The notes under the pieces were generated by a model that saw only the letters and a list, made by a program, of their open reading frames with translations, was not told the origin of the DNA and made no database searches. Positions 29,785-38,498 of a DNA stretch of 64,000 nucleotides are shown in pieces. The position numbers and the translations under genes are program-made. Origin of the DNA: Alphaproteobacteria bacterium (GTDB lineage Bacteria > Pseudomonadota > Alphaproteobacteria > CALKHQ01); NCBI GenBank assembly GCA_965227515.1, contig CBDDFZ010000001.1:3520001-3584000 (forward strand), given 5' to 3'. Every line of letters begins with the position of its first letter. The first letter of the stretch is position 1.

Positions 29785-31082
29785 ACCTGGAAGTCGGCTT
29801 TTACGGGCTCGGCGCCCTCCTGGTCCTGCTGCTGCTCAGGATACCGGTGGCGCTCGCCCTGATCGCGGTCTCGTTCGGCGGCATCCTGGTCATGCTCGGC
29901 TGGTCGCCGGCGCTCGGTATCGTCTCGTCGACGCCGTACAGCTTTGTGGCGAGCTGGACGCTGAGCGCGGTCCCGATGTTTCTGCTGATGGGCTTCGTCG
30001 CCTATCACGCGGGCCTGACGGCGGGCCTGTTCGATGCCGCCAAGGTGCTGCTCAGGCGCATCCCCGGCGGGCTCGCCATCTCCTCGATTTTCGCCTGCTC
30101 CGGCTTCGCCGCCGTCTGCGGCTCCAGCCTGGCGTGCGCGGCGGCGATGGGGCGGATCGCGATCCCGGAGATGGTGCGCGCCGGCTACCGCCCCAGTTTC
30201 GCGTGCGGCTCCATCGCTGCCGGTGGCACCATCGGGGCGCTGATCCCGCCCTCGATCCTGATGATCGTCTACGGCGTGTTCGCCGAGGCGCCGATCACCG
30301 AGGTGTTCGTCGGCGGCGTCACTATCGGCATCCTGACCGCCATCGGCTATGCCACGGTGGTGCTGCTGACCTGCTGGTTGCGGCCCGACATCTCGCCGCG
30401 CCGTACGGTGGGCGACGACGTGATCTCGGTCGGGCAGGCGCTGCTCAGCATCTGGCCGGTGCTGGTCCTGGTCATCCTGGTCTTCGGCGGGCTGTTCACC
30501 GGCTTCTTCACCGCCACCGAGGCCGGCGCGGTCGGCGCGCTGGGCGCCGTCATCATCGCCGCCGCCACCGGCCGCCTGACCCGCGACGTGGTGCGCTCGT
30601 CGCTGCTGGAGACCCTGATGGTCTCCGCCTCGCTGTTCCTGATCGGCGTCGGCGCTTACATGTTCACTCGCTTCCTCGGCCTGACCGGGCTTTCCGGCTT
30701 CATCTCCTCGTTCTTCGGCGAAGGGTTCAGCTACTGGGAGCTGATGGCCATCATCGTGCTGGTCTACCTGGTGCTGGGCACGTTCATGGAGCCGTTCGGC
30801 GCGTTGCTGGTGACCCTGCCGGTGCTGCTGCCGCTGCTGAAGGCGGAGGATATCAGCCTGGTCTGGTTCGGCGTGCTGGTGGTGAAGCTGCTGGAGATCG
30901 GCATGATCACCCCGCCGGTCGGGCTGAACGTGTTCGTCATCCGCAACGTCGCCGGCAAGTACGCCAGTTTGATGCAGATCTTCGGCGGCGTGATCCCGTT
31001 CCTCGCCGCCGACCTGGTGGTGGTGGCAATCGTCGTCGCCTTCCCGCCCCTGGTGCTATTCCTGCCGGAGCTGTTGGGATAA
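29781..31082 (+). CDS. dctM: TRAP transporter large permease
   Basis: AVPMFLLMG, GTIGALIPPS, TATEAG, ITPPVG.N.F. Confidence 0.94.
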   Translation: MNLEVGFYGLGALLVLLLLRIPVALALIAVSFGGILVMLGWSPALGIVSSTPYSFVASWTLSAVPMFLLMGFVAYHAGLTAGLFDAAKVLLRRIPGGLAISSIFACSGFAAVCGSSLACAAAMGRIAIPEMVRAGYRPSFACGSIAAGGTIGALIPPSILMIVYGVFAEAPITEVFVGGVTIGILTAIGYATVVLLTCWLRPDISPRRTVGDDVISVGQALLSIWPVLVLVILVFGGLFTGFFTATEAGAVGALGAVIIAAATGRLTRDVVRSSLLETLMVSASLFLIGVGAYMFTRFLGLTGLSGFISSFFGEGFSYWELMAIIVLVYLVLGTFMEPFGALLVTLPVLLPLLKAEDISLVWFGVLVVKLLEIGMITPPVGLNVFVIRNVAGKYASLMQIFGGVIPFLAADLVVVAIVVAFPPLVLFLPELLG

Positions 31083-31172
31083 GGGCTACCCCCTCACCCT
31101 CCCTCATATGCCTACGGCATTCACACATCTTACCAGCAGTGGCCTGAATCACCCCGGGATACATCCCATAGA

Positions 31173-31346
31173 CGTCCTCGCCCTTGTGGCGAGGACCCAT
31201 CGTTGTCCGAAACTTCAATAGATTCGGGAGAATCGCCGCCTGAGATGGCGGCCAAGCGGATTCGATTGGTCCGCTTTGACAGCTCTTTTGGACACTGGCC
31301 GGGACTGCCCCAGGAATGGGTCCTCGCCACAAGGGCGAGGACGACG
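31173..31346. repeat. composite palindromic repeat, family A copy 2
   Basis: CGTCCTCGCCCTTGTGGCGAGGACCCAT, 115-bp spacer, ATGGGTCCTCGCCACAAGGGCGAGGACGACG; between convergent genes. Confidence 0.92.
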
Positions 31347-31443
31347 ATGTATTTATTACTGCGGGCTTCGAGCGCCCCCTGCGCCTTCAGTGAATCCAGT
31401 AGCCCGCATGGCGGCAAGGGGTGCGTTCACACTTCCAGGAAAT

Positions 31444-32466
31444 CTACGAAACTTCCGCCCTGACGATCGCAGCACCGTCGGCCATCGCCTTCATCTTGCC
31501 GAAGGCGACCTCGCGCGGCAGGTACTTCAGCCCACAGTCCGGCGCCACGATCACCTTGTCCGCATCCACGTGCGGCAGTGCCCGCCGGATGCGCGCCGCC
31601 ACCGTCTCCGGTGTCTCCACCGTCATGTCGGAGAGGTCCAGCACGCCAAGGATGATGGACTTGCCGCGCAGTTCCTCCAGCACCGCTGTGTCCAGGTTCG
31701 ACTGGGCGGTCTCGATGGAGACCTGGTTGCACGAGCAGCCCTTGAACTGCGGCAGGAACGAGTAGCCGGACGGCCGCTCGTGGATGATCGCGGCATAGCC
31801 GAAGCAGACATGGACGGCGGTGGTGCCGGCCGCGCCCTCCAGCGCCGCGTTCAGGGCCTCCAGCCCATATTCCTCGGCCGGCTGGGGCCGCGCCTGCATG
31901 TAGGGCTCGTCGATCTGCACCACGTCGGCACCGGCGGCGAACAGGTCGGCGATCTCCTCCCTCACCGCCTGCGCGTAGTCCATCGCCAGCGCTTTCGGGT
32001 CGCCATAGTGGTCGTCCTGCGCCTGCTGGCTCATGGTGAACGGCCCCGGCACCGTCATCTTGACCATGCGGTCGGTGTGCGCCTTCAGGAATTTCAGGTC
32101 ATCGACCTCCACCGGGTGCTTGCGCCGCACCTTGCCGACCACGCGCGGCACCGGGTTCGGGTGGCCTGAGCGGTCGAGCGCCGTGCCCGGATTGTCGATG
32201 TCCACGCCCTCAAGCGCGGTGGCGAAGCGGTTGGAGTAGCTCTCTCGCCTGATCTCGCCATCAGTGACGATGTCGAGCCCCGCCTCCTCCTGCAGCTTGA
32301 TGGCGGCAATGGTGGCGTCGTCCTGCGCCTCGGCCAGGTACTCTTCCGGGACGCGCCACAGCTCCTTGGCGCGGGTGCGCGGCGGGAAGCGGGCGGCGAG
32401 CTTGGCGCGGTCGATCAGCCATTCCGGCTGGGCATAGCTGCCGACAAGGGAGGTAGGGAGAAGCAT
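31444..32466 (-). CDS. stand-alone MetE catalytic-domain (cobalamin-independent methionine synthase II / UROD-MetE family) protein
   Basis: VGSY, TDGE.RR, PGPFT, QIDEP, Zn-ligand motifs HVC, SIE and PDCG; no N-terminal MetE half. Confidence 0.88.
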   Translation of the reverse strand: MLLPTSLVGSYAQPEWLIDRAKLAARFPPRTRAKELWRVPEEYLAEAQDDATIAAIKLQEEAGLDIVTDGEIRRESYSNRFATALEGVDIDNPGTALDRSGHPNPVPRVVGKVRRKHPVEVDDLKFLKAHTDRMVKMTVPGPFTMSQQAQDDHYGDPKALAMDYAQAVREEIADLFAAGADVVQIDEPYMQARPQPAEEYGLEALNAALEGAAGTTAVHVCFGYAAIIHERPSGYSFLPQFKGCSCNQVSIETAQSNLDTAVLEELRGKSIILGVLDLSDMTVETPETVAARIRRALPHVDADKVIVAPDCGLKYLPREVAFGKMKAMADGAAIVRAEVS

Positions 32467-32500
32467 AGTGATTCCTTGGGTTGGGGCTCCTCACCCCAAT

Positions 32501-32619
32501 GTCATGCCCGGGCCGGCCGAAGGCCGCGACCCGGGTATCCACGCGGTAGTTGCATGACGCCGGCTGAGCCAGAGAGCGTCATCGTTTGCGTGGATGCGCG
32601 GATCAAGTCCGCGCATGAC
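32501..32619. repeat. CGTC-type REP doublet, family B variant with nested hairpins
   Basis: GTCATGCCCGGG[CCGGCCGAAGGCCG]CGACCCGGGTATCCACGC ... GCGTGGATGCGCGGATCAAGTCCGCGCATGAC; internal ATGACGC/GCGTCAT stem. Confidence 0.85.
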
Positions 32620-32657
32620 AATGAGGACGAGGGCATGACGACGGTGTCTTGGGCGGC

Positions 32658-34190
32658 CTACATCGCGAACAGGTCGTGGTCGACGCCGGCGGCCTGGAAG
32701 ATGTAGTCGCGGCTGGCCTCCAACTCGGCGCGCAGCGCCGCGATGTCGACGTCCAACAGTTCGCCCTGCCACTTCTTCACCTGGCCGGCGACCATGACGG
32801 TGTCGACATTGCTGCGCTCCATCAGCGTCACCACGGCGCCGGCGGCGTGGTTCAGCGGCGCGACGTTGATCGCCTCGGCATCGAGCAGCACGATGTCGGC
32901 CGCCTTGCCCGGGGTCAGCGAGCCGGTGACGTTGTCCAGCTTCAGGCCGCGTGCGCCCTCGATGGTGGCGTGGTGCAGGGCATCGACCGGCTGCATCAGC
33001 GCCGGATAGTCCTCCGCCCCCGACAACGCCGCCTCGTTGACGAACATGCGCTGCAGGGTGATCAGGCTGCGCATCTGGGTGAACATATCGGCGGTCATGG
33101 TGCATTCCACGTCCGACGACAGCGACATGCTGACACCCATGTCGATGGCCTTCTGGATCGGCGGCGTGCCGTGGCGCATGTGCATCTCGATCGGCACCGC
33201 CAACGACACGTGCGCGCCAGCATCGGCGGCCGCCTGCCATCCGAAATCCGACATGTCGGTCATGTGAATGAAGATGTTGTCGGGCCCGAACATGCCGGCC
33301 TGGGCAAGCTCGTCGAACACCGGCTGCATGCCGAAGGTGTTGACGACATGGGCTGCAATCGGCAGGTCGAGCTCGCGGCCGATCCGCCACGCCTCCTCGT
33401 ACATCGGCAGGTAGATCTCGCCGCCCATCACCATGGTCAGAAGCTGGTCCGACGACGAGAAGTACTGCTCCTTCAGGCGGGCGGCATCGCCGGGATACTC
33501 CGCCTGCTCGCCCCACCCCTCGAAATAGCCGAACACCGCGCGGCGGCCGGTGTCGCGCAGGCCCTCCACCGCCGCATCGGAATGCGCCGCGCTGTGGTGG
33601 ATCTGGCTGACGTCCATCACCGTGGTCACGCCGGCGTCGAGCTGCGAGAGCCCGCCGAACAGCTCGTTGATGTAGACGTCCTCCGGCCGGTAGACCATGG
33701 AGAACTTCTGCAGGATGGTCTCGAAGTAGTTGTTGGCGTTCACCGGGCGGCCGTCGTTGACCAGAATGCCGTGGGCAAGCTGGCTGCGGAGCGCGGTCTC
33801 GAACTGATGGTGGTGGGTATCGATGAAGCCCGGAATCACGATCTTGCCATTGGCCTCGATGACCGCCGCCTCGGGTGCCTCGATGTTGGCGCCGACCTCG
33901 ACGATGGTGCCGCCCTCGACCAGCACGTCGCCGACGGCGAAATTGCCAACCTGATCGTCCATCGACATCACGACGCCGCCTTTGATCAGCACCTGGCGGC
34001 CCGGCTCGTTGATGCCGGTCGGCAGGGCGGCCTTGATGACCTCCGCACCGGCTGCCGCGCCGGGCTTGGCGATGCCGCCGGCGAGCAACGCACCACCGGC
34101 CGCGGCCGCCGTCAGCACGGTTCGCCGGCTGGCCCCGCCGTGCGCGTCGGTCGAATGCGACGTTCCTGAGGATTCACCGAGCTTGCACAT
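32658..34190 (-). CDS. metal-dependent amidohydrolase (TRZ/ATZ deaminase-like) with Tat signal
   Basis: SRRTVL followed by a hydrophobic signal; PGFIDTHHH, AAH, FIH, SSD, GSLTPGKAAD. Confidence 0.88.
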   Translation of the reverse strand: MCKLGESSGTSHSTDAHGGASRRTVLTAAAAGGALLAGGIAKPGAAAGAEVIKAALPTGINEPGRQVLIKGGVVMSMDDQVGNFAVGDVLVEGGTIVEVGANIEAPEAAVIEANGKIVIPGFIDTHHHQFETALRSQLAHGILVNDGRPVNANNYFETILQKFSMVYRPEDVYINELFGGLSQLDAGVTTVMDVSQIHHSAAHSDAAVEGLRDTGRRAVFGYFEGWGEQAEYPGDAARLKEQYFSSSDQLLTMVMGGEIYLPMYEEAWRIGRELDLPIAAHVVNTFGMQPVFDELAQAGMFGPDNIFIHMTDMSDFGWQAAADAGAHVSLAVPIEMHMRHGTPPIQKAIDMGVSMSLSSDVECTMTADMFTQMRSLITLQRMFVNEAALSGAEDYPALMQPVDALHHATIEGARGLKLDNVTGSLTPGKAADIVLLDAEAINVAPLNHAAGAVVTLMERSNVDTVMVAGQVKKWQGELLDVDIAALRAELEASRDYIFQAAGVDHDLFAM

Positions 34191-34235
34191 ATCTTCCTCC
34201 CAAGAAGGTTTCGTTGCCTTGGTTCGTGTTGGCCG

Positions 34236-35039
34236 TCAGTTGCGCAGCACCGTGGCCAGGATCGGATAGCGGCCCATCTGGTGCGCGATGTGGGATGCCG
34301 TCACTCTCAGGTCCGGCAGGCGCTCGCACACAAGCTGCTCAGGCGTGACCATGCCGGTGTAGCCGGAGCTGTTGAGCGAGGCGATGGTGTGCCCGTCGGG
34401 GTCGCGCACCGGCACCGCGAGCGCCGTGATGCCGTAGTCGAGCTGGTCGACGGTGGTGGCATAGCCTTCCGCGCGCACTTTCATAAGTTCCGCCCGCAAC
34501 GCCTTCTTATCTATGCAGGTTTTCACCGTCAGCGCTTGTGGCTCCAGGCTATCCAGCCAATCGTCCAGGTCGGCATCGTCCATCGCCGCGACCAGAATGC
34601 GCCCCATCGAGGTGGCGAACGCGGGATAGCGCGCGCCGACCACGGCGGCGGCACGGCGGGCACGCTGTTGTGAGTAATGGGCGATGTAGATGACGTGATG
34701 GCCGTCCAGGGTCGCCACGGAGGACGCATCCCCGAAGCGCTCGACGACCCCGCGCAGATCCGGCTGCAGTACCTCGTCGATGCGGGCGGAGAAGTAGAAG
34801 GCCGAGCTCAGCGCCATGATCTTCGGGCGCAGGTGGAAGCGCTTGCCCTCCTGCCCCACGTAGCCCAGCGCCTTCAGCGTGATCAGGCTGCGGCGGGCGG
34901 CGGCGGGCGACAGGCCGACGCGGCGGGCAACCTCGCTCAGCGTCATATCCGGATGCCCGTCATCGAAGCACTCCAGGATCGCCAGCCCCTTGGCCAATGC
35001 CTCGACGAACTCGGCCGGTTTGTCGCCGTCGACCCCCAC
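34236..35039 (-). CDS. IclR family regulator (PcaR/PobR type)
   Basis: EFVEALAKGL..L, TLSEVA HTH, PAFATSMGR. Confidence 0.93.
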   Translation of the reverse strand: MGVDGDKPAEFVEALAKGLAILECFDDGHPDMTLSEVARRVGLSPAAARRSLITLKALGYVGQEGKRFHLRPKIMALSSAFYFSARIDEVLQPDLRGVVERFGDASSVATLDGHHVIYIAHYSQQRARRAAAVVGARYPAFATSMGRILVAAMDDADLDDWLDSLEPQALTVKTCIDKKALRAELMKVRAEGYATTVDQLDYGITALAVPVRDPDGHTIASLNSSGYTGMVTPEQLVCERLPDLRVTASHIAHQMGRYPILATVLRN

Positions 35040-35044
35040 GGGCC

Positions 35045-35908
35045 TCAGCCCTCGGGCGCCAGCACGAAATCGAACTCCAGCATCGCGTCCGGCTTGACCG
35101 CCAAGTCGAAGCCCAAGTCGTCTACGTTCTTGGCCGGCTTCACCTTGGCAATCAGAGACTTGCGCACGCCGAACACGGCGTCGTTGTCCAGGTACTCGGT
35201 GCTGTCGAAGAACACTTCGGTGGTGATGGCGCGCTTGCCGGGCGCGCTGACGATGTAGTGCAGGTGCGCGGCCCGCCAGGCGTGGCGGTTGCCGGCGCGC
35301 AGCAGGTTCCCGACAGGGCCGTCATAGGGCACGGTGTAGGGCTTCGGCAGCACCGTGGTGTAGTAATAGCGGCCCTGGTCGTCGCAGGTGAACTTCCCGC
35401 GCAGGTCGTACTTGTCCTGCCCCTTCTCCTGCTCCTGGATCGGATAGGTGCCGGAACCGTCAGCCTGCCAGGTGTCGACCAGCGCCCCCGGCAGCGGATT
35501 ATGCAGGGTGTCGGTGACCTGGCCGTGGACCAGCACGCTGGCACCGTCGCGACCGTCGGCAAGGTCCGTGCCCAGGGCATAGGGCTGGGCATCGCTCAGA
35601 TAGAACGGCCCCAGATTGGAGCCCTCGGTCGCACCGCCACGGGTGTTGATCATGTCGACCAGTGCCGAGAACCCCAGCACGTCCGACAGCAGGATGAACT
35701 CGTGCCGCTCCGGGGTCGAGATCTGCCCGCAGTCGTACAGGAAGTTCAGGATCCCGATCCATTCCTCGTGGTTCAGATTGTGCTCGCGGGTGAAGTCGTG
35801 CAGGTGGTCGATCAAGCCGTGCAGCAATTGCTCGAACCGACTGCCAGGTTCCGTCTTGAACGTGTCTTTGACGGCCTGAGTAACCGAATACTGGTTGATG
35901 TCGCGCAT
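35045..35908 (-). CDS. intradiol ring-cleavage dioxygenase (hydroxyquinol/catechol 1,2-dioxygenase family)
   Basis: HLHDF.RE, EFILLSDVLG, LGPFY, Fe ligands Y (GTY), Y (PYTVP), H and H (RAAHLH); GGGAGG RBS. Confidence 0.92.
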   Translation of the reverse strand: MRDINQYSVTQAVKDTFKTEPGSRFEQLLHGLIDHLHDFTREHNLNHEEWIGILNFLYDCGQISTPERHEFILLSDVLGFSALVDMINTRGGATEGSNLGPFYLSDAQPYALGTDLADGRDGASVLVHGQVTDTLHNPLPGALVDTWQADGSGTYPIQEQEKGQDKYDLRGKFTCDDQGRYYYTTVLPKPYTVPYDGPVGNLLRAGNRHAWRAAHLHYIVSAPGKRAITTEVFFDSTEYLDNDAVFGVRKSLIAKVKPAKNVDDLGFDLAVKPDAMLEFDFVLAPEG

Positions 35909-36011
35909 CTCGTCCTCCCGCGCCTGGCACTGTGCTTGTTCTTCGTATGTCGCCAGAATCTGCCTTGACTCAACGGTAAACCGGCGCCTACTCTTCGGCA
36001 AGAGAAAAACA

Positions 36012-36026
36012 TTTCGCAATGCGAAA
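36012..36026. promoter_or_regulatory. putative IclR/PcaR-type operator
   Basis: Perfect palindrome TTTCGCA-A-TGCGAAA in the divergent intergenic region. Confidence 0.7.
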
Positions 36027-36055
36027 ACATGCTTGCGAACGATTGGGGAGGCCGA

Positions 36056-36868
36056 ATGCGGATCGGGAAGCAGGATCAAGCCTTCACCGCCATCGCGACA
36101 TCCGATGCCGAGAGCATCACGGTGCGCGGGCAGGACCTGTGCCGCGACCTGATCGGCAAGATCGATTTCACCGACTATTTCTGGCTGCTGGTCCTGGGCG
36201 AGCGCCCCACCGAACCGCAGCGCAAGATGATGGATGCCTGCCTGGTCGCGATTGCCGAGCACGGGTTGGTGCCGTCGGTGCAGGCGGCCCGCATGACGCT
36301 CGCCGCGGGACCGGACGCCTGGCAGGGCGCGATGGCCGCCGGCCTGCTCGGCATGGGCAGCGTTGTCGCCGGCAGTTCGGAGGCGGCCGCCCTCTTCCTG
36401 CATGAGGTGATGGAAAAGGCGAAGGCCGACGGCACCGATATCGAGGCCGCCGCCATCGGCAGCCTGAACGACCTGAAGGCGGCGAGGAAGAAGGTGCCGG
36501 GGCTTGGCCACCCGCAGCACAATGCGGGCGACCCGCGGGCCAACCGCCTGCTCGCCATCGCCGACGAGCTTGGCGTCTCCGGCGACCATGTCGGCACTCT
36601 GCGCACCCTGGCCGAGCACGCACCCGGCATCATCAACCGGCCGCTGCCGATCAATGTTTCCGGCGCGATTCCGGCGGTGATCCTGGACGCCGGCTGGCCG
36701 TTGCAGGCGATCAAGGCGGTGCCGCTGCTGGCCCGCGCGGCCGGCCTGTCCGCCCACCTCTACGAGGAGAGCCTGCGCTCCATCGGCTTCATCATGTCCC
36801 ACAAGGCCGACCTCGCCATCGACTATGACGGCAAGGCGTCCGAGAACCCCAAAGAAGCCGCGGAGTAG
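36056..36868 (+). CDS. citryl-CoA lyase-like protein (citrate synthase fold)
   Basis: I.VRG.DL..DLIG, EHG, VPGLGHP, DPRA, INVSG, AR.AGL.AH..EE. Confidence 0.85.
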   Translation: MRIGKQDQAFTAIATSDAESITVRGQDLCRDLIGKIDFTDYFWLLVLGERPTEPQRKMMDACLVAIAEHGLVPSVQAARMTLAAGPDAWQGAMAAGLLGMGSVVAGSSEAAALFLHEVMEKAKADGTDIEAAAIGSLNDLKAARKKVPGLGHPQHNAGDPRANRLLAIADELGVSGDHVGTLRTLAEHAPGIINRPLPINVSGAIPAVILDAGWPLQAIKAVPLLARAAGLSAHLYEESLRSIGFIMSHKADLAIDYDGKASENPKEAAE

Positions 36869-36876
36869 CTGGCGAG

Positions 36877-38022
36877 ATGGTCAAGATCCTGAAGGACGTT
36901 CGCGTCATCGAGCTCAGCACCTACATCACCGGCCCCGCCGCCGGCATGCACCTAGCCGACCTGGGCGCCGACGTGATCAAGGTGGAGCGGCCCGGCACCG
37001 GCGATCCGTTCCGCGCGTTCAAGGGCGGGCTCTACTCGCCGCACTACCAAACCTACAACCGCAACAAGCGCTCCATCGCGCTCGACACCAAGGACCCGGC
37101 GGACCTGGCGGTGCTGCACGACCTGGTCGCCGGCGCCGATGTGTTCCTGCAGAACTTCCGGCCCGGCGTGGCGGAGAAGCTGGGCGCCGGGGAGGACGAC
37201 CTGCGCAAGGTGCGGCCCGATCTGATCTATTGCGCGATTTCCGGCTTCGGCCAGTCCGGCCCGTCGCGCGACCGCCCCTCCTACGACACGGTGGCGCAGG
37301 CGGCGAGCGGCTATCTGCGCCTTTTGATCCCGCCGGAGAAGCCGCGCGTCATCGGCCCGGCCATCGCCGATGCCGTGACCGGCCAGTACGCCGCACTCGC
37401 CATCCTGGCCGCCCTTTTGGAGCGCAGCAAGACCGGCAAAGGCCGGCGCATCGACATCTCGATGCTGGAGGCGATGTGCCACTTCAACCTGGACAGCTTC
37501 ACCCACTACTACTCCGTGGGCGAAGTGATGGGCCCGCTGTCGCGCCCGGTCGTCTCCCAGTCCTATGCGTTCGAGTGCGGAGACGGCCGGTGGATCGCCA
37601 TCCACATGTCCTCGCCGACCAAGTTCTGGGAGGGGCTGCTGGAAGCGACCGACCAATGGCCCCTGAACGACGACCCGCGGTTCAACGAGCGGCTGGAGCG
37701 GATCAAGCACCAGGACGCCCTGATCGAGCACTTCACGCCGGTGTTCAAGACCGACACCCGCGACGCCTGGTGTGCCAAGCTGCTGGCGGCCGGGGTGCCG
37801 CACTCCCCCGCCTACGACAGCAACGAGGCGCTGGAGGACCCACAGGCCCAGCACCTGAACATCAAGATCTCGGCGCCGCACGCCGAGATGGGCACCTTCA
37901 CCACGGTTCGCCCGCCCTATAACTTCGATGGCGCGCCCGAGCTGGACGTGCTGCCACCGCCGACGCTGGACGAACACGGCGCGGAAATCCGCGAGGAGCT
38001 CAAGCGCAAGAAGGCCGGCTAG
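36877..38022 (+). CDS. family III CoA-transferase (CaiB/BaiF)
   Basis: LADLGADVIKVE.PG.GD, NRNKRS, NFRPG, ISGFG..GP, PP.L.EH. Confidence 0.94.
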   Translation: MVKILKDVRVIELSTYITGPAAGMHLADLGADVIKVERPGTGDPFRAFKGGLYSPHYQTYNRNKRSIALDTKDPADLAVLHDLVAGADVFLQNFRPGVAEKLGAGEDDLRKVRPDLIYCAISGFGQSGPSRDRPSYDTVAQAASGYLRLLIPPEKPRVIGPAIADAVTGQYAALAILAALLERSKTGKGRRIDISMLEAMCHFNLDSFTHYYSVGEVMGPLSRPVVSQSYAFECGDGRWIAIHMSSPTKFWEGLLEATDQWPLNDDPRFNERLERIKHQDALIEHFTPVFKTDTRDAWCAKLLAAGVPHSPAYDSNEALEDPQAQHLNIKISAPHAEMGTFTTVRPPYNFDGAPELDVLPPPTLDEHGAEIREELKRKKAG

Positions 38023-38062
38023 AACCCGGCACCGGGGGGAGGAAAACGATGAGACAGGCAAC

Positions 38063-38467
38063 ATGAGCAGCGACGACAACCCGACGTCGGTACCCGCCGC
38101 CGCCGTGCTGGAAGCCAGCAAGGAGATGCTGCAGAAGCAGCTCTACGCCATCTTCACGTCGCCGACGAACGGGCTGGGCCCGGTGTTCGCCAACATCGAG
38201 GCGCACCTGAATTTCCAGGTCCAGTTGGAGAAGGACGGCATCATGTTCGCCGCCGGACCGCTGTGGACCGACGACGAGCAGAGCTGGGAAGGCGAAGGCA
38301 TGGTCATCGTGCGCGCCGCCTCACGGGCCGACGCCATCGCCATCGCCGAGCGCGATCCGATGCACACGAGCGGGGCGCGGACGTTCACGGTCCGGCCCTG
38401 GCTGGTCAACGAGGGCACCGTCACGGTGCGCCTGGACTACTCTTCGCAGCAATTCACCATTCAATAA
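38063..38467 (+). CDS. YciI family protein
   Basis: Conserved His (EAHL), AAGP, G...VRA.S..A......DP motif. Confidence 0.85.
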   Translation: MSSDDNPTSVPAAAVLEASKEMLQKQLYAIFTSPTNGLGPVFANIEAHLNFQVQLEKDGIMFAAGPLWTDDEQSWEGEGMVIVRAASRADAIAIAERDPMHTSGARTFTVRPWLVNEGTVTVRLDYSSQQFTIQ

Positions 38468-38498
38468 AATCAGGCAACGAACCTAGGGAGGAGTTCTC

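Noticed and set aside
31088-31120. ACCCCCTCACCCTCCC...ATGCC-TAC-GGCAT, possible remnant of a third repeat family
   Set aside because: Single truncated copy in the window, so it cannot be supported as a repeat from this sequence alone
32467-32657. Possible SAM or cobalamin riboswitch upstream of the MetE-like gene
   Set aside because: The structure is explained by the REP doublet and I found no riboswitch consensus motifs
35045-36802. 585-aa ORF suggesting an N-terminally fused dioxygenase
   Set aside because: The extension is antisense to the citryl-CoA lyase-like gene; a good RBS and ATG occur at 35908
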